A stretch of DNA of 64,000 nt from Abditibacterium sp. (GTDB lineage Bacteria > Armatimonadota > Abditibacteriia > Abditibacteriales > Abditibacteriaceae): NCBI GenBank assembly GCA_965246885.1, contig OZ251992.1:2848001-2912000 (forward strand), read 5' to 3'. The notes below the pieces were generated by a model. It was not told where the DNA came from. It made no database searches and worked only from the letters and a program-made list of their open reading frames with translations. The position numbers were made by a program, and so were the translations under genes. This document shows, piece after piece, positions 1-8,891 of the stretch (the stretch's first letter is position 1; every line of letters starts with the position of its first letter).

Positions 1-98
1 CATCCGGCTTCGCGAAGCGTCTTACCGGGCGCGCGACTTGCGCCTTGGAAAATCAAGGGTCAATACAGAGGCCAAAGGCGGGCTAAACTTCGTTCACC

Positions 99-707
99 AT
101 GACGGCACCACAAGAAGGTTTGGAGTGGGTTTCGCCCGCCGAGTATTTGGAGCGCGAGCGCCGCGCGGAACGGAAAAGCGAATACATCAACGGCACGATT
201 TACGCGATGGCGGGCGTCAATCGCTGGCATGTTACCATTTCGGGAAACGTTGCGGTCAGTTTTGGCAACCAACTCCTTGACAAAAGCTGCGAGCCGTTCG
301 CCCATAACTTGCGCGTGAAGGTGCCGCGCACGACGCTTTACACCTACCCCGACGTGCTGGTCGCGTGTCCACCGATGGAATGGGAAGACGACGAGTTCGA
401 CACGCTCCTCAACCCGACCGTCATCGTCGAAGTGTTGTCGCCTTCGACAAAACGCTACGACCGGGGCGACAAATGGGCGCACTATCAACGCTTGAACTCG
501 CTCTGCGATTACATCTTGGTCTCCCAAGACGAATGTCGCGTCGAACATTACACCCGTTTGCCGGACAATCGCTGGGAATTGGCGGCCTATGAAGACTTGG
601 CGGACGCCTTTCCCATCGAAAGCATCGGCTGCACCCTCGCGTTGCGCGACGTGTACGACCGCATCACCTTCGCTCCCCCTGCCGATAGTGACGGCGGCGC
701 CGTTTAG
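99..707 (+). CDS. Uma2 (DUF820) family PD-(D/E)XK endonuclease-like protein
   Basis: Typical Uma2 motifs: EYINGTIYAMAG, YPDVLV, IVEVLSPST, DRGDKW..YQ, YILVSQD. Confidence 0.92.
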   Translation: MTAPQEGLEWVSPAEYLERERRAERKSEYINGTIYAMAGVNRWHVTISGNVAVSFGNQLLDKSCEPFAHNLRVKVPRTTLYTYPDVLVACPPMEWEDDEFDTLLNPTVIVEVLSPSTKRYDRGDKWAHYQRLNSLCDYILVSQDECRVEHYTRLPDNRWELAAYEDLADAFPIESIGCTLALRDVYDRITFAPPADSDGGAV

Positions 708-1174
708 CACGCCCCTCGCGCTTCTTAGAAAGGATGCGCAAGGCCTTAGCGAACCTTTTGCGCTCCAAGTCGCGCCCGTATTGCCGTTTCTTTTAACAGC
801 CAACAAACGCGGAGAAACGCCGATGTTTTTTGGCTTCCCATCGGCGCCTATTGGCACTCCTCGGCGGGCAGAAATCACAGCGGTGGAGACACTCGGCGCG
901 CCCCTCGCCTCTCTTAGCACGTCGGCGGCCCTCTTTAGCGCGCCTTTCGCCCCTTGTAGCTTGCCTCTCGCCCTTTGTAGCGTGCCTCTCGCCCTTTGTA
1001 GCGTGCCTCTCGCCCTTTGTAGCGTGCCTCTCGCCCTTTGTAGCATGCCTCTCGCGTAATTTAGCTTGCCCCTCGCGTGTTGTTTCTTGCCCCTCGCTAT
1101 GTTTAGCTTGACGGTGGAGGTTTGTAGCTTGCCTCTCGCGGTATTGATCGAAGAAACAAAGGGCGAGAGGCAAG
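705..1174. repeat. Degenerate 21-bp tandem repeat tract (core TAGCGTGCCTCTCGCCCTTTG) with one inverted unit
   Basis: TAGC-type unit starts at 705, 726, 747, then 915, 936, 957, 978, 999, 1020, 1041, 1062, (1083), 1104, 1125. Bases 1156-1174 are the exact reverse complement of 960-978. Confidence 0.92.
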
Positions 1175-1449
1175 ATTAGCAGAGCGACATACCAGAAATT
1201 CACCGCCGCATGCGACCTTTTCACCCCCACAAGCGCCCTTTTTGCTCTCAGTTACGGAAATAGAATTGATTGCGGCAGCAGGCAACTGTTATTAGTCGCT
1301 CCCAACGCCTTGACCACGCATCGGAGAAGGTTAACGGTCTCGCTGAAAGTGACGCCCGTCGCGCGAACGATGGGCGCGGGCGGGTTTCTTTTATCCGCCG
1401 TCGCTCCCAATTGGCCCGCGCCCGCCAAACAGCGAAAGTCAGCACCTCC

Positions 1450-1611
1450 CAACACCCCCAAAGGGGCCGTTCCTACGACCGCATCCAAATCGTCCCCATC
1501 CGCGAACTCCTTTACGAAGACAAACGCCTCGACATCCCGATGAGCTTGGAAGTTTTAAAACGCGCCCAACTCGCGGAAAAGAAGGAGCAGTTGGGGATGT
1601 TTGAGGAGTGA
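1450..1611 (+). pseudogene. Orphan C-terminal remnant resembling a DNA methyltransferase/restriction-endonuclease fusion
   Basis: HPQRGRSYDRIQIVPIRELLYEDKRLDIPMSLEVLKRAQ...EQLGMF resembles the YxRIQIVTIxELL...KRLxxP tail of such proteins; upstream part of the frame does not look protein-like; left boundary approximate. Confidence 0.5.
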
Positions 1612-1619
1612 CGGGGAAA

Positions 1620-1807
1620 GAACCTCACCCCCGGCCCCTCTCCTTGCAGGAGAGGGGAGAAGTGGTTGCGGGTTGGCGGAATAGAGCGCGTCTCGCGTGT
1701 GTGGCTCCCCTCTCCAGCAGGAGAGGGGCTGGGGGTGAGGTCTTACTCAGCAATTTCCACCCCCAATCTCCCCTCTCCTGCAAGGAGAGGGGCCGGGGGT
1801 GAGGTTC
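1620..1807. repeat. Cluster of three REP-like palindromic units (CCCCTCTCC-N-GGAGAGGGG)
   Basis: 1620-1660 and 1767-1807 form a perfect 41-bp inverted repeat; third, slightly variant unit at about 1705-1741; each unit is itself a hairpin. Confidence 0.9.
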
Positions 1808-1881
1808 AACACGCCCCCATCAAACTGAATCATCACAGTGGCAATCCAAGTGCATCAGGCGGGTAGGAGAACATTTCTATC

Positions 1882-3027
1882 ATGCCGATTACCACATCAC
1901 CGAACTCGTATCTGCCGACGATGCAGAAGTTTGATCAGCACTGGGCGCAAGTGAACGCCCATTCTTCCGTGTCTTATGCCGTTGAAGGCGAGGGCGAAGG
2001 TTCTAAGGGCGCGGCGCCGCCCATGCCGTTCGTGTTGCCCAACGGGTATACGCAAGCGCAACTGGGCAACGACCGGCAAGCGTTGACGACGGCCATCGCC
2101 ATTGCGACGCAAAACGCGACGGCGGCGGGTAACGCGAGCCAAACCTATCAGAACGCGCGAACCGTTGTGCGCGGGCGTTTGCAGATGTTGCGCGACGCCG
2201 TGTTGTATTTGATCCCCACGTCGTCTTATGCCAAGACGTTTCCGACGATGCCCACCAACAGCAAGGATGACAACGCGCTTTTCAAGGCGCTCAACGCGAG
2301 CATTTATCTGTGGAACGCCATCTCCGACAATGCCACGTTGCCCGCTCCGGCGAGGAACCTCGTGTTGCGCGACGGCACGACGCGCGCTCAATACGCGCAG
2401 TCCATCATTGACCTGCGCCAGTTGCAAACCGCGAGTGTGAGCGCGACCAAAACCGCCAACGTCGCCATCGCTCAGCGCGACTCGTTGCTGCCCGCGATTC
2501 GCGCGAACTTGGTCTCGTATCGGCAAGGCATCCCCTCGACGCTTGGCCCCACCAACCCGCTCACGAAGTCGCTGCCTGCGCTGTATGCCAAAAAGGGCGC
2601 GACGCCGCCGCCGGTTGCCGTGACCGTTAGCTACGACGCCATCACCAAAGCGACGACCGTGACATGGACGGCTTCAACAGACCCGAACTTGGCGCGCTAC
2701 AAGGTGCGGATTTGCACCGGCGCGAAGTGGAAAGAAGCCAATGTGCGCGCAACCGTGAGCGTCGCTTCGAGCGTTTTGACGTGGAACACGACCGATTTGC
2801 AAGCGGGCCAAACCTATTGCGCCAAGGTTTACGTCGTCCTGCAAAACGGCCAACAACGCGGCTCAACCGCCATGCCCATCACGATTCCCACGCCCAAAGG
2901 TGCGGGCGCAGTGGCGTTGAGCGAGTTGCTTTCCTATACCAACGGCCACTCCGACGAACACACGAGCGAGTTGGTCGGGGTGAACGGAAGCGCGAACGGG
3001 AACGGACGGAAAAACGGGCGTTTGTAG
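1882..3027 (+). CDS. Hypothetical protein, helical N-terminus plus C-terminal fibronectin type III-like domain
   Basis: 381-aa ORF with AGGAG upstream; C-terminal VTWTAS...YKV...LQAGQTYCAKV pattern of FN3. Confidence 0.75.
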   Translation: MPITTSPNSYLPTMQKFDQHWAQVNAHSSVSYAVEGEGEGSKGAAPPMPFVLPNGYTQAQLGNDRQALTTAIAIATQNATAAGNASQTYQNARTVVRGRLQMLRDAVLYLIPTSSYAKTFPTMPTNSKDDNALFKALNASIYLWNAISDNATLPAPARNLVLRDGTTRAQYAQSIIDLRQLQTASVSATKTANVAIAQRDSLLPAIRANLVSYRQGIPSTLGPTNPLTKSLPALYAKKGATPPPVAVTVSYDAITKATTVTWTASTDPNLARYKVRICTGAKWKEANVRATVSVASSVLTWNTTDLQAGQTYCAKVYVVLQNGQQRGSTAMPITIPTPKGAGAVALSELLSYTNGHSDEHTSELVGVNGSANGNGRKNGRL

Positions 3028-3057
3028 CGCGTCCAGAGGACGCTTGGGCGCTTGCGC

Positions 3058-3125
3058 CCGGATGCCGGGGATTTTATATCCCCGATTAGACACACAATCG
3101 GGGATATAAAATCCCCGGCATCCGG
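3058..3125. repeat. Perfect 30-bp inverted repeat with 8-nt loop; arms are themselves palindromic (REP-doublet-like)
   Basis: CCGGATGCCGGGGATTTTATATCCCCGATT (3058-3087) pairs with 3096-3125. Confidence 0.93.
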
Positions 3126-3188
3126 CTTCGCCAAGTGTCCTGCCGGACACAACGCAAGGTTGAATCCAATTTGGTGCTTGACGGGACA

Positions 3189-3268
3189 TCACCCCATATG
3201 CGCGATGATGTTGTCGCCGAACTCCGAGCACTTGATTTCAGTCGCGCCGTCCATTTGGTGGGCGAAGT
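3189..3268 (-). pseudogene. Displaced duplicate of the icd 3' end (att-like scar)
   Basis: 3195-3268 matches 3951-4024 with 7 mismatches in 74 nt; encodes [25 protein letters not shown]. Confidence 0.9.
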
Positions 3269-4024
3269 TACGCTTAATTGGTGTTTCCTATCGTTTGAAC
3301 CTTTCAACCGTTAGGCATTGCGAAATCACGGGGTTGCGGCTTCTCCGCGTAGTATTTCCCCTTGAAGCGATGGTAAGTCATGCCATCCGGCCCTATTACC
3401 ACGAACTCACCTCTCGACGAAATGGATTGGTGTTCGGGATCGGAACGTTGTGCTTCTACGACAACTGAGTCCACAATTCTTCGCGGATTTCTGGTATCCC
3501 AAGGCGTAGCCCCCGAATCTACGTATTCACTGTCTTCTTCGGACGCAGCACTCAGGCGCCCCGCGCTGTCGGCTGCTCTAATCACATAAAAATACTCGCG
3601 CTGTTCTTGTAGCCCCTTGTCCACCCACAGCTTCATCGGGCTACATGGAAAACTGTCGGCGACAAAGCGCAGTTTGGCCAGGGGACGGGCCATGTCCTGC
3701 CTCTTTGAGCGGGAACTGCGGTAAATCCAGTAGCCTTTAGCGCCCGGAACAGTGTCCCAATAGAGCGCGAGCTTTCCTTTGCCGCACGCATGAACCTGCA
3801 ATCCTCCTGGCACTGCGATTTTTGGCAATGCAAAGGCCGCACTACATGAAGCGACGAGGCAACCGAGCAACAATGTGATGTGTTTCATGTGACCCTCCTG
3901 AAGATAAAGTTGGCTAAAGAGCGGCTGTCCGCACTTTCCGGCCCTTAACGCATATGCGCGATGATGTTATCCCCGAACGCCGAACACTTGATTTCAGTCG
4001 CGCCGTCCATGAGGCGGGCGAAGT
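3195..4024. mobile_element. Minimal integrase-less cassette inserted in the icd 3' end
   Basis: Direct repeat of icd terminus 756 bp apart, enclosing one AT-richer gene. Confidence 0.7.
3304..3888 (-). CDS. Secreted FN3-domain protein
   Basis: Signal peptide MKHITLLLGCLVASCSAAFA; LYWDTVPGAKGYWIYRS...GL...EYFYVIRA; AGGAGG upstream; paralogous to the middle of 31169..33730. Confidence 0.85.
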   Translation of the reverse strand: MKHITLLLGCLVASCSAAFALPKIAVPGGLQVHACGKGKLALYWDTVPGAKGYWIYRSSRSKRQDMARPLAKLRFVADSFPCSPMKLWVDKGLQEQREYFYVIRAADSAGRLSAASEEDSEYVDSGATPWDTRNPRRIVDSVVVEAQRSDPEHQSISSRGEFVVIGPDGMTYHRFKGKYYAEKPQPRDFAMPNG

Positions 4025-5237
4025 CGTAGGTGACGCGCTTGCTTGCGATGGCGCCGTCTATGCCTTGGATGATGAGGTCGGCGGCTTCGTTCCAGCCGAG
4101 GTAGCGCAGCATCATTTCGCCGCTCAGCACGACGGAGCCGGGGTTAACTTTGTCCAAACCGGCGTATTTGGGGGCGGTGCCGTGCGTGGCCTCGAAGATG
4201 GCGTGGCCGGTGATGTAATTGATATTGCCGCCGGGAGCGATGCCGATGCCGCCGACTTGGGCAGCGAGGGCGTCGGACAGGTAATCGCCGTTGAGGTTCA
4301 GGGTCGCAATCACGTCGAAATCTTCGGGGCGCGTCAGCACTTGTTGCAAAGTGATGTCGGCGATGGCGTCTTTGATGACGAGGCCCGCGCCGGGCTTGCC
4401 GTCGGGGATTTTGCACCAAGGCCCGCCGTCAATTTCGACCGCGCCGAAGGCGTCTTTAGCGAGTTCGTAGCCCCAGTCGCGGAAAGCGCCCTCGGTAAAC
4501 TTCATGATGTTGCCCTTGTGGACGAGGGTGACCGACTTTTCTTTGTGCTTGATGGCGTATTCGATGGCGGCGTAGACCAAACGCTGCGTACCAATCTTGG
4601 AAACGGGCTTGATGCCAATGCCGACTTGCACGGTCTCGCCACCCGCGCCGGAAGGCATGGAAGCGGCGGCGAAATCGCGGGTTTTTTGCTCGGTTCCAAA
4701 GCGCACTTTGGCGAAGTCTTTCGGGTAAGACTCTTCCAGAAAGCGGAGAATGGCGTTGGCGGCGGCGCTTCCGGCCTCGAAGTCAATGCCCGCGTAGATG
4801 TCCTCGGTGTTCTCGCGGAAGATGGTCATGTCCACCTTTTCCGGGTGCTTGATGGGCGAGGGCGTGCCCGCAAAGTAGCGCACGGGGCGCAGGCAAACGT
4901 AGAGGTCGAGCATTTGGCGTAGCGCGACGTTGAGCGAACGGATGCCGCCGCCAACGGGCGTGGTGAGCGGGCCTTTGATGCCAACCAAATACTCGTTGAA
5001 CGCCGCGACGGTCTCATCGGGAAGCCAGTTGCCGGTCTTGTCGTAGGCGGTTTGGCCCGCCAGAACTTCGTGCCACTCGATGCGGCGCTCGCCGCCGTAG
5101 GCTTTGTCAACCGCCGCGTCAAAAACGCGCACCGACGCCGCCCAAATGTCGGGGCCAGTGCCGTCGCCGGACACAAAGGGGATGGTGGGGTTATTGGGAA
5201 CTTGCAGAAGTCCGTCGTGAATAGAGATTTTCGCCAT
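3945..5237 (-). CDS. icd: NADP-dependent isocitrate dehydrogenase
   Basis: [70 protein letters not shown]. Confidence 0.98.
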   Translation of the reverse strand: MAKISIHDGLLQVPNNPTIPFVSGDGTGPDIWAASVRVFDAAVDKAYGGERRIEWHEVLAGQTAYDKTGNWLPDETVAAFNEYLVGIKGPLTTPVGGGIRSLNVALRQMLDLYVCLRPVRYFAGTPSPIKHPEKVDMTIFRENTEDIYAGIDFEAGSAAANAILRFLEESYPKDFAKVRFGTEQKTRDFAAASMPSGAGGETVQVGIGIKPVSKIGTQRLVYAAIEYAIKHKEKSVTLVHKGNIMKFTEGAFRDWGYELAKDAFGAVEIDGGPWCKIPDGKPGAGLVIKDAIADITLQQVLTRPEDFDVIATLNLNGDYLSDALAAQVGGIGIAPGGNINYITGHAIFEATHGTAPKYAGLDKVNPGSVVLSGEMMLRYLGWNEAADLIIQGIDGAIASKRVTYDFARLMDGATEIKCSAFGDNIIAHMR

Positions 5238-5293
5238 GATATGGGTTTAACAGGTGGAAAAGGTGGGTGTAAGTTTGACAACTGGCTCGACAT

Positions 5294-5872
5294 TTAGTTC
5301 GCAGCCGAAGCGGGCGATGAAAAATACACGCGGACACGGTTCGTTGGACGGTCAACCATCATCACATAATCGCCAGTGTTGTGCATTCTGCTTTTCAGGG
5401 AATAGAATTTTGTTGAAGGCGAAGCTGAGGTATCAAACCAAGACGGTAAAAATTTCCAGTTTTGAGGGGCCGCGCCAAAAGGCACCCAGCCCGTCCCCGT
5501 CAGCTTGGTTACAACTTGAGGCGGGGCATTGAATTGAAGATAAATTGGCGACAGTTCATCGTCGTTTTTATATCCGCAAAGGTTGGAGACGTTGACGGGC
5601 GGCATTCCGAACACTTCGCGGTAAAGGACATCGGGCGAAGCCTCGGCTTTCCAGTCGCCGTAAACGATGCCACCTACCATAAGTGCGCCGATCAGCATCA
5701 CGGGCGACAGCGCAACCAAGGCCAATCCATTCTTTCCACGCCCCGACGCATTTGCCGCGCCCACCACTGAGGCGAGGCAAATTAACCCCGCGAATCCCAT
5801 AAAAAGCAGTCCCGCCAGAAGAAACACGGGGCGAGTATTACCGACTTCTGAGCACAAAAAAGAGAAAGGCAA
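5294..5872 (-). CDS. Hypothetical membrane protein
   Basis: Two N-terminal hydrophobic helices followed by a soluble domain; start uncertain. Confidence 0.65.
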   Translation of the reverse strand: MPFSFLCSEVGNTRPVFLLAGLLFMGFAGLICLASVVGAANASGRGKNGLALVALSPVMLIGALMVGGIVYGDWKAEASPDVLYREVFGMPPVNVSNLCGYKNDDELSPIYLQFNAPPQVVTKLTGTGWVPFGAAPQNWKFLPSWFDTSASPSTKFYSLKSRMHNTGDYVMMVDRPTNRVRVYFSSPASAAN

Positions 5873-5944
5873 GTAGGAGATGGCGCCCTTCCTGTATGGG
5901 AAAGCGGCGCACGCAACTCGCTTTCAGGCCATTCTCAACGGGAA

Positions 5945-6085
5945 CGCTTCGCCTAACCGCGCGACGGTTGCGCCTACCCAAACCGAAGCGTCGTTTGGGC
6001 AGGCGAAGGCTTGATTTGGGTAAATGAAGCTTTGGTTTGGATGGACAGGGGCTTGATTTAGGCGGGCGAGGCTTTGATTTGGCCC
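5945..6085. repeat. Degenerate 21-bp periodic tract
   Basis: TTTGG/TTTAG at 5994, 6015, 6036, 6057, 6078; CGCCTA at 5950 and 5971; 5971-5983 is near-complementary to 5993-6005. Confidence 0.75.
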
Positions 6086-6103
6086 GATCATTCGTTCGCC
6101 CGG

Positions 6104-6916
6104 TCACAGCGCGAAGATGGCGCCTTTCTTGGAGTCTTGCAGCAGAACGGCGACGACGGGTTCGAGCAAGCAAAAGGAGCGGATGATGAGGATGGCGTCG
6201 TCAATTCCGCCCGCCGATTTGCCGATGAAGTTGATGTTGTGGCGGATTTGGAAAGCGTGCCATGCGAGCGCCCCGCGATACTTTTCGCCGCCAAAGGGCG
6301 CTTCGGGGTCGAGCGGCTGGCCTTCGTCGTTGAGGGCGCGCACCGTCCATGCTTCGCGCTCGTCGGCTCCGACCAACCCGTTCAAGAAGGCGCTCGTATC
6401 GGTGAGGGTGTGTTCCATGCCTTCGCCGTAGGTGTCCTGCATCTCGCGCGACGAGCGCGACAAGAGACGGGTGAGCGCGCCGTTGGGCGTTTCGCCATTG
6501 CGCAGCAAACCGAAGCCGTGAAACTCGCGGCCCAGCAAGAACGGTGGCGAAAGGACGGCGCGGATTTGGTCGCGCTCGGATTCGAGCGGCGCGCGTTCTT
6601 CGTCGCCTTGGCAAAAGCGGGTAAACCCCGCCGCAAGATAGATGTGTTCAAAGGCTTCCCACAGCGTCAGGTAAGAGAGAAACAACTGCGCATTGCGAGA
6701 GACCGACGAAAACGGGCGGCCGGTTCCGCTCAGAGCATCGTAAAACGAGAGCGCCGCGCGGCGGTATTCTTCGGCGGTGCGCTGGTATTGAAAGCGCAGT
6801 TCGTGCGATGCGGTTGCGACCTCTTCGCCGCCGCCCTCCCCCATCCAGTGCCGCCGCGCGAGGTCGCGCACGCGGATTTTGGGCGCGCCGGGGGAAGTGA
6901 GTTGCGGTGTGGGCAT
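6104..6916 (-). CDS. Hypothetical protein with HEPN-like (ApeA-type) signature and a degenerate Rx4H motif
   Basis: LWEAFEHIY and FQIRHNINFIGKS....DD..LI resemble W.AF..Y and Y.VR.NLFHG.K.....D..L of HEPN proteins; the HEPN call is by eye. Confidence 0.6.
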   Translation of the reverse strand: MPTPQLTSPGAPKIRVRDLARRHWMGEGGGEEVATASHELRFQYQRTAEEYRRAALSFYDALSGTGRPFSSVSRNAQLFLSYLTLWEAFEHIYLAAGFTRFCQGDEERAPLESERDQIRAVLSPPFLLGREFHGFGLLRNGETPNGALTRLLSRSSREMQDTYGEGMEHTLTDTSAFLNGLVGADEREAWTVRALNDEGQPLDPEAPFGGEKYRGALAWHAFQIRHNINFIGKSAGGIDDAILIIRSFCLLEPVVAVLLQDSKKGAIFAL

Positions 6917-6964
6917 GATGGTTTGAGTTTGAGGGTTCGCGCGCAGTTTGCCGATGCCGCTCCT

Positions 6965-7987
6965 TTATCCGCCGTGATGCGCCAACTGCGCCAACACGCC
7001 GATGGACAAGAGCGCAACCAACGCGCCCAGAACAATGAGGACGACTTGCCACCACACGATGCCCGTGCCCTCGAAACCGGCGGCGGGTTTGACGCTCGCT
7101 TTGGCTTCGCCTTCCTCGCGCTCACGGGCAGCTTTGAGGGCGGCGGCATCCACCGTGTCGGGCGCTTCGAGGGCTTCGACAAAGGCTTGCATTGTCGGCC
7201 AGCGATGGGCGGCGTCGCGGCGGATGGCCTTCATCACCGTTTCTTCGAGGGCGGGCGGAACGGCGACAAACGTGGAAAGTGGCGGCGCGGGGATGGTGAC
7301 GTGTTGGCTCATAACGGCGAGCGAGTTGTCGCCCTCGTAGGGCATGCGACCGGCGGCCATTTCAAAGATCATCATGCCGAGCGCATAGACATCGGTGCGC
7401 GCGTCGCCGCGCTGTCCCTTGATTTGTTCGGGCGCCATGTAATCGGGCGTGCCGACTTGGGCGGACATCGAACCCCAAGTGATGCGCTTGGCGCCCTCGA
7501 CGAAAGCGATGCCGAAATCCATCACCTTGGCCACCCCGTCGTGGGTAATGATCACGTTTTCTGGCTTCATGTCGCGGTGAAAGACGCCCTTTTCGTGGGC
7601 GTAGGCGAGGGCGCGTCCGATTTGAAGGCCGAGCGACACGGCGCGTTCGACGCTGTTCCCGCCGAACTCTTCGCGCAGGGTGTGGCGCAGCGAGGAACCC
7701 GGAACGTATTCCAAGACCAAGTAAGGCACGCGCTGGAAGTGCGCGACTTGGTAGAGTTTCTGGATGTTCGGATGGTCGAGCAACCCGCCGATTTTGACTT
7801 CGCGCATGAAGCGCTCGTAGCTCGCCACGTCGCCCATCATGTCTTCGTGGGGGAACTTGAGCGTCACCTCGCGCGCGTGCCCGTCGTCGCGGGCGAGATA
7901 TACGTCGCTCATGCCGCCATGCCCAAGCGTCTTGAGAACGGTGTAGCCGTCCACGATTTCCCCGTCGTTGATGTGCGAAGTGTCCAT
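6965..7987 (-). CDS. Membrane-anchored Hanks-type Ser/Thr protein kinase
   Basis: LGHGGMSDVY, HRDMKPEN, DFGIA, GTPDYMAPEQ, DVYALG; C-terminal TM helix. Confidence 0.96.
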   Translation of the reverse strand: MDTSHINDGEIVDGYTVLKTLGHGGMSDVYLARDDGHAREVTLKFPHEDMMGDVASYERFMREVKIGGLLDHPNIQKLYQVAHFQRVPYLVLEYVPGSSLRHTLREEFGGNSVERAVSLGLQIGRALAYAHEKGVFHRDMKPENVIITHDGVAKVMDFGIAFVEGAKRITWGSMSAQVGTPDYMAPEQIKGQRGDARTDVYALGMMIFEMAAGRMPYEGDNSLAVMSQHVTIPAPPLSTFVAVPPALEETVMKAIRRDAAHRWPTMQAFVEALEAPDTVDAAALKAAREREEGEAKASVKPAAGFEGTGIVWWQVVLIVLGALVALLSIGVLAQLAHHGG

Positions 7988-7995
7988 TCCGTTGG

Positions 7996-8796
7996 TTAGC
8001 GTCCCAGCAAACGCCCCAGTAAACCGCGTTTCGGAGGAGCAGGCATGGCTTCTCCCGTCGCCACGACGCGCACCACTTGGGCAGAGAGATTATCCGAACT
8101 TCCGCCCTCGATGGCCAGACGTAATAACTCAGCGCACGCCGCTTGTGGCGGGTGCGCCGCCAAAACACCGGCCAGCACCGCGTCTTCTATGGGTTCCCAC
8201 ACGCCGTCGGTGAGAAGCAGGAAGGTGTCGCCCGCGACGACCTTCTCGACGCGAAAGTCCGCTTGAATCATCAGTTCGCCGCCGAGCGAGCGGGTGATGA
8301 TGTTGCGGCGCGGGTGGTGGCGCGCCTCGTCGGCGGAGATGATGCCCAAACGCACCAACTCCTGCACTTCGGAATGGTCGCGCGTCAGTTGCCGCAGTTC
8401 CCCATCGCGCAGCAGGTAGATGCGGGTATCTCCGACGTAGCCGATGTGCGCGCTTTCGCCCACGAGGAGCAGCGCCGCGAGCGTCGTCTTCATCTTGGAG
8501 CGGCGGTTGGCTTGCCCCAAGTCGAAGACGCGCATGTTGGCGACTTCAACGCCGCTTTTCAAAGCGCGGTCGGGCCGCGTCGAGGTGTCGGTTTGGTAGA
8601 ACGCGAGGAGTGTCTCGACGCACTCGCGCGACGCGACTTCGCCCGCCTCGCTGCCGCCCACGCCGTCGCACACCACGAATAGGCACCCTTTCTCCGCGCG
8701 CGTCGCCTCATCATCGGGGACGAAGTGCCCGATGAAGTCTTCGTTGTGCGCGCGCACCGGGCCAGTCTCGCTGACGGCGCCGAACTCGATGGTCAT
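7996..8796 (-). CDS. PP2C-family Ser/Thr phosphatase (Stp1/PrpC-like)
   Basis: RAHNED, VCDGVGG, VGDTRIY, LTRDHS, LLTDG, SDNLS. Confidence 0.96.
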   Translation of the reverse strand: MTIEFGAVSETGPVRAHNEDFIGHFVPDDEATRAEKGCLFVVCDGVGGSEAGEVASRECVETLLAFYQTDTSTRPDRALKSGVEVANMRVFDLGQANRRSKMKTTLAALLLVGESAHIGYVGDTRIYLLRDGELRQLTRDHSEVQELVRLGIISADEARHHPRRNIITRSLGGELMIQADFRVEKVVAGDTFLLLTDGVWEPIEDAVLAGVLAAHPPQAACAELLRLAIEGGSSDNLSAQVVRVVATGEAMPAPPKRGLLGRLLGR

Positions 8797-8844
8797 GGAG
8801 AAAGAGAAGTGTGAGGGGTTTTGCAGGGCGCCCTAAACGCCGCA

Positions 8845-8876
8845 AAGCGGCCAACTCCTGCCGAAGTTGGCCGCTT
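8845..8876. terminator. Intergenic hairpin between permease and phosphatase genes
   Basis: AAGCGGCCAACT...AGTTGGCCGCTT inverted repeat. Confidence 0.5.
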
Positions 8877-8891
8877 GCAAAGGGTGGCCGC

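Noticed and set aside
705..1174. CRISPR array or genuine heptad-repeat CDS (ORFs 60..1046, 589..1059, 793..1230)
   Set aside because: No spacers; the open frames follow from a stop-poor 21-mer and two overlap the Uma2 gene; no single frame is favoured
3058..3125. Integron attC site
   Set aside because: Perfect hairpin without extrahelical bases or RYYYAAC/GTTRRRY ends; no integron integrase in the window
3189..4024. Diversity-generating retroelement TR/VR pair
   Set aside because: Mismatches are not adenine-specific, no reverse transcriptase is present, and the repeat is the icd terminus
6074..7999. Long antisense or alternative-frame ORFs (e.g. 6074..7999, 3954..4922, 16742..18091, 57076..58197)
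   Set aside because: Shadow ORFs expected in high-GC DNA that overlap well-supported genes
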